This document shows positions 44,165-52,237 of a stretch of 64,000 nt of DNA, in pieces; position 1 is the first letter of the stretch; each line of letters starts with the position of its first letter. The notes under the pieces were generated by a model. It was not told the origin of the DNA, did not search any database, and worked only from the letters and a program-made list of their open reading frames with translations. The translations under genes were made by a program, and so were the position numbers. The stretch spans positions 1,232,564 to 1,296,563 of the forward strand of contig CP070716.1 in NCBI GenBank assembly GCA_020350425.1, in the 5' to 3' direction. The DNA comes from Gemmatimonadota bacterium (lineage in GTDB: Bacteria; Gemmatimonadota; Gemmatimonadetes; Gemmatimonadales; GWC2-71-9).

Positions 44165-44842
44165 ATGAGGATCGAGATCAACCTGCTCGGGGGGCCGAGG
44201 AAGAAGGCCGGCGCCGGCATTTCTCTTCCCAACATCGGCGAGCTGATCAAAGGGGTCAAAGATCCCCTGCTGCTCGGCGCCGTCGCGGCCTGGATCGTGG
44301 TAGGAGCTGGGGCGGGCTACCTCTTCGTCACCATGCAGGCCCAAGTCACCGGCCTGCGCGACGAAGCGACGCAGGCACGGCAGGAGGCCCGTCGGTTCTC
44401 AAACATGATCGGGCAGAAGCGGCGAGCCGAGCAACTGCGCGACTCCCTCGAAACGGAATTGCGGGAGATCCGTGCCATCGATTCGGACCGCTATATCTGG
44501 CCCCACGTTCTGGAAGAGGTGACCAAGTCGTTGCCCGACTACACTTGGCTCGTGGGTCTCAACATGGTGCAAGCGGCGCCGGCGGTGACCACGGAGGGCC
44601 AACCGGTCGGACCACAGCCTGTGCGGTTCATGATCGACGGACGCACCTCCGACATCGGGGCGTACACGCGGTTTCTGCGGAATCTGGCCAATTCGCCTTG
44701 GGTCGCGAATGTCGTACCGGGTGCCAATCGGACGGTGGTGGAGGATGACAAGGCGCTGACGGCCTTCAGCATCACGGCCACATTCCGACAGGCGGATTCG
44801 TCTTTCATGCGGACCGTTCCGGTCTCCGCATCGGTGCGCTAG
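44165..44842 (+). CDS. pilN: Type IV pilus assembly protein PilN
   Basis: N-terminal MRIEINLLGG (INLL motif), single TM, coiled coil. Position after pilM. Confidence 0.85.
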   Translation: MRIEINLLGGPRKKAGAGISLPNIGELIKGVKDPLLLGAVAAWIVVGAGAGYLFVTMQAQVTGLRDEATQARQEARRFSNMIGQKRRAEQLRDSLETELREIRAIDSDRYIWPHVLEEVTKSLPDYTWLVGLNMVQAAPAVTTEGQPVGPQPVRFMIDGRTSDIGAYTRFLRNLANSPWVANVVPGANRTVVEDDKALTAFSITATFRQADSSFMRTVPVSASVR

Positions 44843-44851
44843 GGAGGAGTC

Positions 44852-45457
44852 ATGGCACTCTCCCAGAAGGATCGGCAACAGCTCCTCGTGCTGCTCATCA
44901 TCATCGCTGCCGCCGGCGGCGGGGCGTTCTGGTATCTCTGGCGGGCGCCGCAGGCAGCGGAGATCGCGCAGCTCGAGATCGAGATCGACTCGCTGCGGGC
45001 GACGGTGGACTCGGCCAGGCGGGACCTGGCCTCGGGAACGGTCGAAAGCCTGCGGCAGCGCGTGGCAGACTACGAGGCCAGTCTCGGGCTCATGCGCCGC
45101 CTCGTCCCGCTGGAGAACGAGGTGCCGAGCCTGATCGACGACATCGCGTCACGGGCCACGCTCCGAGGGGTCCATATCCAAGAGATCAACCCGCAGTCTG
45201 TTGATGCCGAGGGGATGTTCGATACGCACCGCTACCGGGTAAGCGTCGTGGGCCATTACGACGAGATCGGCGAGTTCCTGGCCGACGTGGCCTCGCTCCC
45301 CCGGATCATGGTGCCCTATGAGCTGACGCTGGGGATCGCTCCCCTGACAGCCCAGGTTGCCTACGGGGATACCACGGGCGCTCTGCTGCAGGCGCAGTTC
45401 CAGCTGCGGACGTTCGTGAAGCCGCCGGCCACGGGAGGCAGCGGTGAGACACAATAA
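44852..45457 (+). CDS. pilO: Type IV pilus assembly protein PilO
   Basis: Single TM (LLVLLIIIAAAGGGAFWY), coiled coil, ferredoxin-like C-domain. Position. Confidence 0.8.
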   Translation: MALSQKDRQQLLVLLIIIAAAGGGAFWYLWRAPQAAEIAQLEIEIDSLRATVDSARRDLASGTVESLRQRVADYEASLGLMRRLVPLENEVPSLIDDIASRATLRGVHIQEINPQSVDAEGMFDTHRYRVSVVGHYDEIGEFLADVASLPRIMVPYELTLGIAPLTAQVAYGDTTGALLQAQFQLRTFVKPPATGGSGETQ

Positions 45458-45947
45458 GGAGTTGGTCTGGATCCTGGCGTGCGTGGGCACGGTCGCGGTC
45501 GGCTGTGGAGCCGAGGAACCGCCACCGCCGCCGGTGAGCCAGGTGGAGGCCGGGCCCGCTGCTCCAGCAGCCGGCGATCCGGCGATGGAGCTGCAGGCTG
45601 TGGAGCCCCAACAGGAACGCGTGGAGCTCCAGCGCGAGGTGTTCTCCTACGGCGGGTCGGGACGTGACCCGTTCATCTCGTTGCTGCGGTCGGGCGACGT
45701 CCGGCCGCTGCTGGAGGACCTGCGGGTCACCTCGATCAACTACAACCCGCGCTATCCCAGCAGCAGCGTGGCCGTGCTGCGTGACACGACGGTCGGACAG
45801 CGGTACACGGTACGTGTGGGGGACGAAGTGGGTCGGCTGCGGATCGCGGAGATCCGCCAGACCGAGGTGCTCGTGATCATCGAGGAATTCGGCGTCGAGC
45901 GGCAGCGGACACTGGCACTGCGCCGCAGGCAGGAGGAACTACCATGA
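45444..45947 (+). CDS. pilP: PilP-like lipoprotein
   Basis: Lipobox AVGC, Pro-rich linker, RDPF motif, beta-rich C-terminus. Overlaps the pilO end and the pilQ start (ATGA). Confidence 0.65.
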   Translation: MRHNKELVWILACVGTVAVGCGAEEPPPPPVSQVEAGPAAPAAGDPAMELQAVEPQQERVELQREVFSYGGSGRDPFISLLRSGDVRPLLEDLRVTSINYNPRYPSSSVAVLRDTTVGQRYTVRVGDEVGRLRIAEIRQTEVLVIIEEFGVERQRTLALRRRQEELP

Positions 45948-47761
45948 GGCGGTCTCTGATACTCGCGCTCGCCGGGCTCGCCCTGGTCGCGCCCCACGCT
46001 CTCGCGACGGAGCCGGGCGAGGTCAACGCGGTGAGCGTGTTGCCCGGTGCGGGCCGTGCCCACGTCGTGATCGACGTCTGGGGCAGTGTCTCCGTCCAGG
46101 ACTTCACACTGCAGAATCCGGCGCGCCTCGTCATTGACGTGCTCGGAGCAACGCTCAACGCCCCGGCGCTGGTCTACGACGGGCAGAACCGCGGCGGCAT
46201 TCTGAACATCCGCTATGCGCAGTTCCGGCCCGACGTGGTCCGTATCGTCCTCGAGTTGGACGAGCTCAAGGATTACCAGCTCGAGTACGCGGACGATGCC
46301 ATTCGGATCACCTTGGGTACCGATCGCGGCTTCGCGGCGTGGTCCTCCAGCGCTCCTGCCCAGTACGCCGTACAGGGTGGACAGCAGATGTTCTCGCCGG
46401 CTCGCGTGGTGCCGCCCGTGGCGGCCGCCGCGCCGACCCCGTTCCAGTCGCAGCAGCCGACCGTGACGGCGTCGTTCGATTCCGCCACCATCGCCGACGT
46501 GATGGCCGGGTTTGCCGAGCTCTCCGGCAAGAGCATCGTCCTCGGCAAGGATATCGAGGGCTACGTCACGGCCGACATCCGCAACCAGCCCTGGGACATC
46601 GCGTTCCAGGTGGTGCTCGAGTCGCAGGGGCTGGACGCGATCGAGGACCCGCCGGGGATCATCCGCGTGGACTCGCGCGCCGCCTTGCTGGCCCGCGACT
46701 CCACCGAGCCCACCGAGACGCGGATCGTGACGGTCAACTACGCCCGCGCCTCCTCGCTCGTGCCGGTCGTGCAGACGATCCTGACGCCCGACCGCGGCCG
46801 CGTGGTGGCCGACACCGGCACCAACAGCCTCATCATTACGGACATCCGCAGCCGCCTACAGGAGGACGTCGATTTCGTGCGGCAGCTCGACGTTCAGACG
46901 CCGCAGGTGTCGATCCAGGCCAAGCTCATCTTCGTGAACCGGAGCAACATCGAAGAGCTCGGGGTGCAGTACGACATCGGGAGCCCGAGCCAGTTCTTCA
47001 ACACCCTCGTCTCCCGGCCCGATCCGCGCACGAACCAACCGGTCGACATCGACGGTGACGGTGTGCCGGACGCCGTGGCGCCGACCGACTTCTTCGATCC
47101 CACGGAAACGCCCAGCATCGTGGACCTGGGCGGCAACCAGCTCTCCGCCATCGCCAATGCGGAGGCGCAGATCCTGAGTCCGGCGCTCGAGCTCATCTGG
47201 TCGACCGCGATCGGGAACTTCAGCGTTACGGCCTTCGTCAGTGCCCTGCAGCGGGTGGAGCTAGCGGACCTGCAGGCCGAGCCCCTGACCTCCACGGCCG
47301 ACAATACCGAGGCGTACATCCTGGTGGGTGAGCGGACGCCGGTCCGCGTGGTGGACGTGAGCGCGCAGGCCCAGCAGGCGCAGGCCACCGTGGACTACGT
47401 TGAGACGGGCGTCAAGCTTCGGGTGACTCCGCACGTCACGAGCAACCGTCAGGTGCTGATGTCGGTGCACGCGGAAAACTCGTCCATCCAGGCGGCCCCC
47501 TCCGACATCGGCTTCACGTTCCAGACCCAGGAGGCGCAAAGCCAGATCCTGGTTGATGATGGCCAGACGGCCGTGATCGGCGGGCTCACGGTGACTTCGG
47601 TCACGGTATCCAAGAGCGGAATACCGTTTCTTGTAGACCTGCCGGTCATAGGTGGCCTCTTCGGCTTCACGCAGCGTGAGGAAACGCGCCAAGATCTGTT
47701 GATCCTGGTCACGCCGCACATCATCGACAATCCGGCGGCGATGGCCGAGGAGGCCCGCTAA
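45944..47761 (+). CDS. pilQ: Type IV pilus secretin PilQ
   Basis: AGGAGG RBS. Signal peptide ...PHALA|TE. AMIN domain (RLVIDVLGATLN), N0/N1 domains, secretin core (GIPFLVDLPVIGGLFG...LLILVTPHII). Confidence 0.9.
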   Translation: MRRSLILALAGLALVAPHALATEPGEVNAVSVLPGAGRAHVVIDVWGSVSVQDFTLQNPARLVIDVLGATLNAPALVYDGQNRGGILNIRYAQFRPDVVRIVLELDELKDYQLEYADDAIRITLGTDRGFAAWSSSAPAQYAVQGGQQMFSPARVVPPVAAAAPTPFQSQQPTVTASFDSATIADVMAGFAELSGKSIVLGKDIEGYVTADIRNQPWDIAFQVVLESQGLDAIEDPPGIIRVDSRAALLARDSTEPTETRIVTVNYARASSLVPVVQTILTPDRGRVVADTGTNSLIITDIRSRLQEDVDFVRQLDVQTPQVSIQAKLIFVNRSNIEELGVQYDIGSPSQFFNTLVSRPDPRTNQPVDIDGDGVPDAVAPTDFFDPTETPSIVDLGGNQLSAIANAEAQILSPALELIWSTAIGNFSVTAFVSALQRVELADLQAEPLTSTADNTEAYILVGERTPVRVVDVSAQAQQAQATVDYVETGVKLRVTPHVTSNRQVLMSVHAENSSIQAAPSDIGFTFQTQEAQSQILVDDGQTAVIGGLTVTSVTVSKSGIPFLVDLPVIGGLFGFTQREETRQDLLILVTPHIIDNPAAMAEEAR

Positions 47762-47778
47762 GCGGCGGAGGCAGGGCT

Positions 47779-50277
47779 ATGCACAAGTCGACCTTCTGGA
47801 AAGGCGCCGCCGCGGCGGCGATGGTCCTCGTCGCGGCCGGCTGTAACGAGGCGGCACTTGCACCGGGCGTGACGCAGGACTTCATCCCGCCCAGTGTGAG
47901 CATCGCGAAGTTCGGCACCAGCGACACGGTCCTCATCGAGAACGGCCTCAAGTTTTCGGTGACAGCCGCTGACAACCTGGGCCTCAAGAACATCACGGTG
48001 CAGCTCGAAGGTGGCGTCGTCGCGACGATCGATTCCACGTTCAATAGCCAGGTGACGGGGATCACAATCCCCGTCGACGTCCAGTTTGCCTCGGGGAGCG
48101 TTGCGGGGGGGTGGGTCAGGATCAGCGCGCAGGCGGTGGACGGCGCGCTCAACGGCGCCACCGCCCTGGACTCGATCTACCTGAAGAACGCCGCTGCCCT
48201 GATCGTCACGCTGCTCAACCCGAGCGAGGGCGCCATCACCTCGGCCGGCAAGGATCTGCTGGTGCGGGTGCGGGCCACCCAGCGGGACGGGATCAAGCGG
48301 GTGGGGTACCTGTTCAGCGGCGTCATCGCGGGCGGCGATTCCTCCGGCACGAAGCAGCTGGCCCTGCCCGACGACACCACGTTCGTGGATACGCTCACCA
48401 TCCCGGCCAATGCGCCGGTGGGCGTCTTCACGATCACGGGATTCGCCGTGGACTCGGCCGAGCGACGGGGGCTCAGCAACCCGGTGACCGCGAACATCCA
48501 ATCGGTGGTCACGGACACCGACCCGCCGATCGTGAGCTTCCAGATCGGCGCGCGGGTGGAGGTGGACGACACCATCACGGTGAACGCGACCGACCCGAGC
48601 GGCATCACACTGATCGGGTGGACCGCGGTGACGCTGGCCGGTGACACGGTGAAGAACGAGTCGCGCACGTTGGCCGGTAATCTGACCGACGTCACCGAGA
48701 AGTGGGTGGTCGGGTTCAGCTTCACGACCCTGCCACAACCCGTGATCATCTCGGCGTATGCGCAGGACCTCGCCGGGAACTTCGGGACCTCGGCGACCAG
48801 TCCCGCGCCCCCAGCGGGGGCGGGGATCGCGGCCGCGGCCGCAGCCGCAGCCGCCGGTGTGGACACCGTGCTCGTCGTCTTCGGGGTGACCACGCCGCTG
48901 CCGTCGGGCGGGCAGATCGCGGACGCGATCTACAACCGCAACCTGAACGAGGTGTACCTCACCAACGTCGCGCTGAACCAGGTCGAGATCTTCCAGGTCG
49001 TGGACACGACGTTCGCGGATGCGGTCCCCGTCGGCTCGAGTCCCTGGGGGCTCGCCCTGTGGCCACGCAACACCGCGGGCGATCACGACGACACGGTGGT
49101 GGTGGCAAACTCGGGCGGGACGAACTTCTCGATCGTCAACATGCAGAGCCGGGTCGAGGAGCGGCGACACCATCTGCCCAACTTCCTGATCCAGAGCGTG
49201 CAAACTGAGATCGACGGGGCAACCGGGAACGTCAAGCTCAAGATCATCGAGTACGATTTCACCGACCGGCCGGAATACGTGGGGATGACCTGCATTCCTA
49301 GCGGCGGCCCCGGCACCGCGTGTCTGTCCGACCAGATCTTCGCCGTCTATTCGACGACGCCAACGGTCTCCCAGCCGGGCGGGCCCGTGGATTTCGTGGA
49401 GCGCGGCACCGTGCGGTGGGAGAACCTGACCTCCGCGACGCCCGAGTCCCACTTCTTCTGGGAGCAGGCGGCGGTGGCGCCCAACCCCGACGCCGATACG
49501 CTACAGGTCTGGGTGGACCGGGGTCCGGGAACGACGACGGAGCTGCTGCTCTCGGCGGCCTGCGGCCACATGGTGAACATGGCGGAGCTCGCGTTCCTCG
49601 ATACCACGTTCGTGCGCAACTCGGGCGACTTCACGCACGCGCTGATTGGTGAGGCCGGATCCAGCGCGGAGCCGCCGAACGGCTTCGCCCGCGTGATCGG
49701 CTACAACCGCCTGACGGGGCACGTGACGAATCCGTGCCCGCCGATCATTATCGAGGGCGTGACGTTCGCCGGCAACGAGATCATCGACAACGGCATCTCG
49801 CCGGCCCTCAGGGTGCGGGACTTCATTGTCAACACGGGCATTCCGGTCAAATCCATCGCCCTCAACTTCAACGGGCTCACGAACCTGGTGCGGGCCGACT
49901 CCATTTACGTGCTCGACGAGGGCCTGCGGCTCATGGGGTTGATGAGCATCGGGAACGTCAATGCGGGCATGGACATGAACTTCGATCACGACTTCGACGC
50001 GCGCACGCGCACCAGCGGGTCGGGCACGTCGAGCGACCGCTTGGTGTTCGCGGCGGGCGACGATCCGGTGATCGAGGTGTTCGACACGTACTGGTACGAC
50101 AAGATCGCGGTGATCCCGGTGCGCGATCCCATTACCGGGCCGCTGCGGGTGTCCGAGAACGCCGCGACGGGTGAGCAGATCCTGGTGGGCGTGACGGGCT
50201 CCGGCGTGGTGACCGTCGCCGTGCCGACCATCACGAACCCCCTGCCCGCTCCGGGCTTCAACTGGCCCAACCGGTAG
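47779..50277 (+). CDS. Lipoprotein with three Ig-like repeats, poly-Ala linker and putative beta-propeller domain (function unknown)
   Basis: Starts 17 nt after pilQ. Lipobox LVAAGC. Repeats beginning DFIPPSVSI / LIVTLLNPSEG / TDTDPPIVSF. AAAAAAAAAG linker. Propeller-like blades (NEVYLTNVALNQVEIFQVV..AVPVGSSPWGLALWP..VVVANSGGTNFSIVNM). Confidence 0.6.
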   Translation: MHKSTFWKGAAAAAMVLVAAGCNEAALAPGVTQDFIPPSVSIAKFGTSDTVLIENGLKFSVTAADNLGLKNITVQLEGGVVATIDSTFNSQVTGITIPVDVQFASGSVAGGWVRISAQAVDGALNGATALDSIYLKNAAALIVTLLNPSEGAITSAGKDLLVRVRATQRDGIKRVGYLFSGVIAGGDSSGTKQLALPDDTTFVDTLTIPANAPVGVFTITGFAVDSAERRGLSNPVTANIQSVVTDTDPPIVSFQIGARVEVDDTITVNATDPSGITLIGWTAVTLAGDTVKNESRTLAGNLTDVTEKWVVGFSFTTLPQPVIISAYAQDLAGNFGTSATSPAPPAGAGIAAAAAAAAAGVDTVLVVFGVTTPLPSGGQIADAIYNRNLNEVYLTNVALNQVEIFQVVDTTFADAVPVGSSPWGLALWPRNTAGDHDDTVVVANSGGTNFSIVNMQSRVEERRHHLPNFLIQSVQTEIDGATGNVKLKIIEYDFTDRPEYVGMTCIPSGGPGTACLSDQIFAVYSTTPTVSQPGGPVDFVERGTVRWENLTSATPESHFFWEQAAVAPNPDADTLQVWVDRGPGTTTELLLSAACGHMVNMAELAFLDTTFVRNSGDFTHALIGEAGSSAEPPNGFARVIGYNRLTGHVTNPCPPIIIEGVTFAGNEIIDNGISPALRVRDFIVNTGIPVKSIALNFNGLTNLVRADSIYVLDEGLRLMGLMSIGNVNAGMDMNFDHDFDARTRTSGSGTSSDRLVFAAGDDPVIEVFDTYWYDKIAVIPVRDPITGPLRVSENAATGEQILVGVTGSGVVTVAVPTITNPLPAPGFNWPNR

Positions 50278-50310
50278 CGAGACGGCGAGAGGCCATCCAC
50301 CGAGCACTCG

Positions 50311-50341
50311 GAGCCCGGCCCTGCGGCCGGGCTCTCTTTTT
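50311..50341 (+). terminator. Rho-independent terminator closing the pilMNOPQ-lipoprotein unit
   Basis: GAGCCCGGCC-ctgc-GGCCGGGCTC (10-bp perfect stem) followed by TCTTTTT. Confidence 0.75.
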
Positions 50342-50376
50342 CAGGGCGGCGGCCCGTAGGATAGATTAGTCGCGAC

Positions 50377-51576
50377 ATGATCCGCTTCACGACAGCCGGT
50401 GAATCGCACGGCCGCGGCCTGGTGGCCGTGGTCGAGGGCGTCCCCGCGGGACTGCCGCTGCGGGCGGAGGACATCGACCTCCAGCTCACGCGGCGCATGG
50501 CGGGACACGGGCGGGGTGCGCGCATGAAGATCGAGTCCGACGCCGTGGAGTTCCTGAGCGGTGTGCGGGCCGGCGAAACGATCGGCTCACCGGTCGCGAT
50601 GGTGATCTGGAATCGCGACTGGGAGAACTGGACGGACGTGATGGCGCCTGAGCCCGACGAGGAGGGTGCCGCGCGCCGCCGCCGGGTGTCGCGGCCGCGT
50701 CCGGGTCATGCCGATCTGGTGGGTGTGCTGAAGTACTCCCGGCGCGACGCGCGCGACATTCTGGAGCGAGCGAGCGCTCGGGAAACCGCGGCCCGCGTCG
50801 CCTGCGGCGCCGTGTGCCGGCGCCTGCTGGCCGAGTTCGGCGTCGAGATCGGAAGCCATGTGGTGGCGCTCGGCGCCGTGCGGGCGCCGGAGCCGAGCGC
50901 GCTGCCCGTTCCCCTCAATGATGCCGCCGATCAATCGCCGGTGCGTTGCCTCGATCCCGAAGCCTCGCAGGCGATGGTGGACGCCGTGGACGCCGCTGCG
51001 GCCGACCGGGACACGCTGGGTGGCGTGGTGGAGGTGGTCGCCCGGGGCGTGGTGCTGGGCCTCGGCTCGCACACGTCGTGGGATCGCCGGCTCGACGGCA
51101 GCTTGGCGCGGGCGGTGATGTCCATCCCCGCCGTGAAGGGCGTGGAGATCGGCGCGGGGTTTGGCAGCGCGGCGGTGCGCGGCTCCGTGGCCCACGACGA
51201 GATCGTCGAGGGCGGCCCCCCGAGAAGCGGCGGCTTCGCCCGTCGCAGTAACCGTGCGGGAGGTCTCGAGGGCGGCATGACCACGGGCGAGCCCGTCGTG
51301 CTTCGGGCGGCAATGAAGCCGCTCTCGACGCTGCGGCGCCCGCTCGACACGGTGCACCTCGAGACGGGAGAGCCGGCCAAGGCGCAGTCCGAGCGCTCCG
51401 ACGTGACCGCCGTGCCGGCCATGGGCGTGGTAGCGGAGGCCATGGTGGCGCTCGTGCTCGCCCGGGAGATGTGCGAGAAGTTCGGTGGTGATTCCCTGGT
51501 CGAGATGCGACGAAACTACGATGCCTACCTCGCCTGCATGCGCCCGGGCGGCGAAGAGGTCGGCCGCAGCGAGTGA
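50377..51576 (+). CDS. aroC: Chorismate synthase
   Basis: MIRFTTAGESHGRGLVAVVEG.PAG..., RPGHAD, SARETAARVA, GGLEGGMTTGEP motifs. Confidence 0.9.
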   Translation: MIRFTTAGESHGRGLVAVVEGVPAGLPLRAEDIDLQLTRRMAGHGRGARMKIESDAVEFLSGVRAGETIGSPVAMVIWNRDWENWTDVMAPEPDEEGAARRRRVSRPRPGHADLVGVLKYSRRDARDILERASARETAARVACGAVCRRLLAEFGVEIGSHVVALGAVRAPEPSALPVPLNDAADQSPVRCLDPEASQAMVDAVDAAAADRDTLGGVVEVVARGVVLGLGSHTSWDRRLDGSLARAVMSIPAVKGVEIGAGFGSAAVRGSVAHDEIVEGGPPRSGGFARRSNRAGGLEGGMTTGEPVVLRAAMKPLSTLRRPLDTVHLETGEPAKAQSERSDVTAVPAMGVVAEAMVALVLAREMCEKFGGDSLVEMRRNYDAYLACMRPGGEEVGRSE

Positions 51577-52091
51577 CACGGCATCTCGTGCTGGTCGGGC
51601 TGTCCGGCTCCGGGAAAACGGCTGCCGGGCGACTCGCGGCCGCCGCTCTCGACGCTCCCTTCCACGACATCGACGCTCTTATAGAGGAAAGGGAAGACGT
51701 CTCGATCAGCCGCATCTTCGCCGAGCGCGGCGAGGAGGCGTTCCGGCAGCTTGAGCGCGAGGCGGTACGGCGAGCGCTGGAGGGGATGCCGGCGGTCATT
51801 GCCCCGGGTGGAGGGTGGGCGGCCCAACCGTGGAGTGCGGAGGACGCGGCCGACCGGGCGATCCTCGTCTATCTGCGGACCAGCCCCCAGGTTGCTGCGG
51901 CGCGCGTGGCGCGCGAGGGGAACCGGCCGCTGCTCGAAGGCGTTGACCCGGTCGAGCGGCTACGGCAGCTCCTAGAGGAACGGGAGGCTGCCTACCTGAC
52001 GGCGCCCCTGCTGGTCGAGACCGATGCGAGGACGGTCGAGGAGGTGGCCAGCGAGCTGGTCGCGCTTGCGCGATCCAGAGCCGGGTGGTAA
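51573..52091 (+). CDS. aroK: Shikimate kinase
   Basis: GTGA overlap with aroC. LVGLSGSGKTAAG P-loop, FRQLEREAV, GGG motif. 172 aa. Confidence 0.85.
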   Translation: MTRHLVLVGLSGSGKTAAGRLAAAALDAPFHDIDALIEEREDVSISRIFAERGEEAFRQLEREAVRRALEGMPAVIAPGGGWAAQPWSAEDAADRAILVYLRTSPQVAAARVAREGNRPLLEGVDPVERLRQLLEEREAAYLTAPLLVETDARTVEEVASELVALARSRAGW

Positions 52092-52116
52092 TTATCGGCG
52101 CCGATTCATGGGCTTC

Positions 52117-52148
52117 GGCCTAGGTGGCAGCTGTGTGCCGCCTAGGCC
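52117..52148 (+). terminator. Hairpin after aroK (candidate terminator)
   Basis: GGCCTAGGTGGCA-gctgtg-TGCCGCCTAGGCC: 13-bp stem with one G.U pair, no U-tract. Confidence 0.45.
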
Positions 52149-52237
52149 GTATGCCCGTTAGGTGCGGTGCGTTGTTGACGGGCGGTTGAGCGAGCCGAGG
52201 CACTTCTCGCCCGTCACGCACTGGCGCCCGGAGCACT

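Noticed and set aside
48826-48860. GCC/GCG/GCA triplet run (possible microsatellite or repeat element)
   Set aside because: It is in-frame poly-Ala coding sequence (AAAAAAAAAG linker) inside the lipoprotein gene. It is not an independent repeat element or CRISPR-like array.
47758-49452. 564-aa ORF antisense to the post-pilQ lipoprotein gene
   Set aside because: Arg/Gly/His/Asp-rich. The + frame has a lipobox, repeat structure and an RBS.
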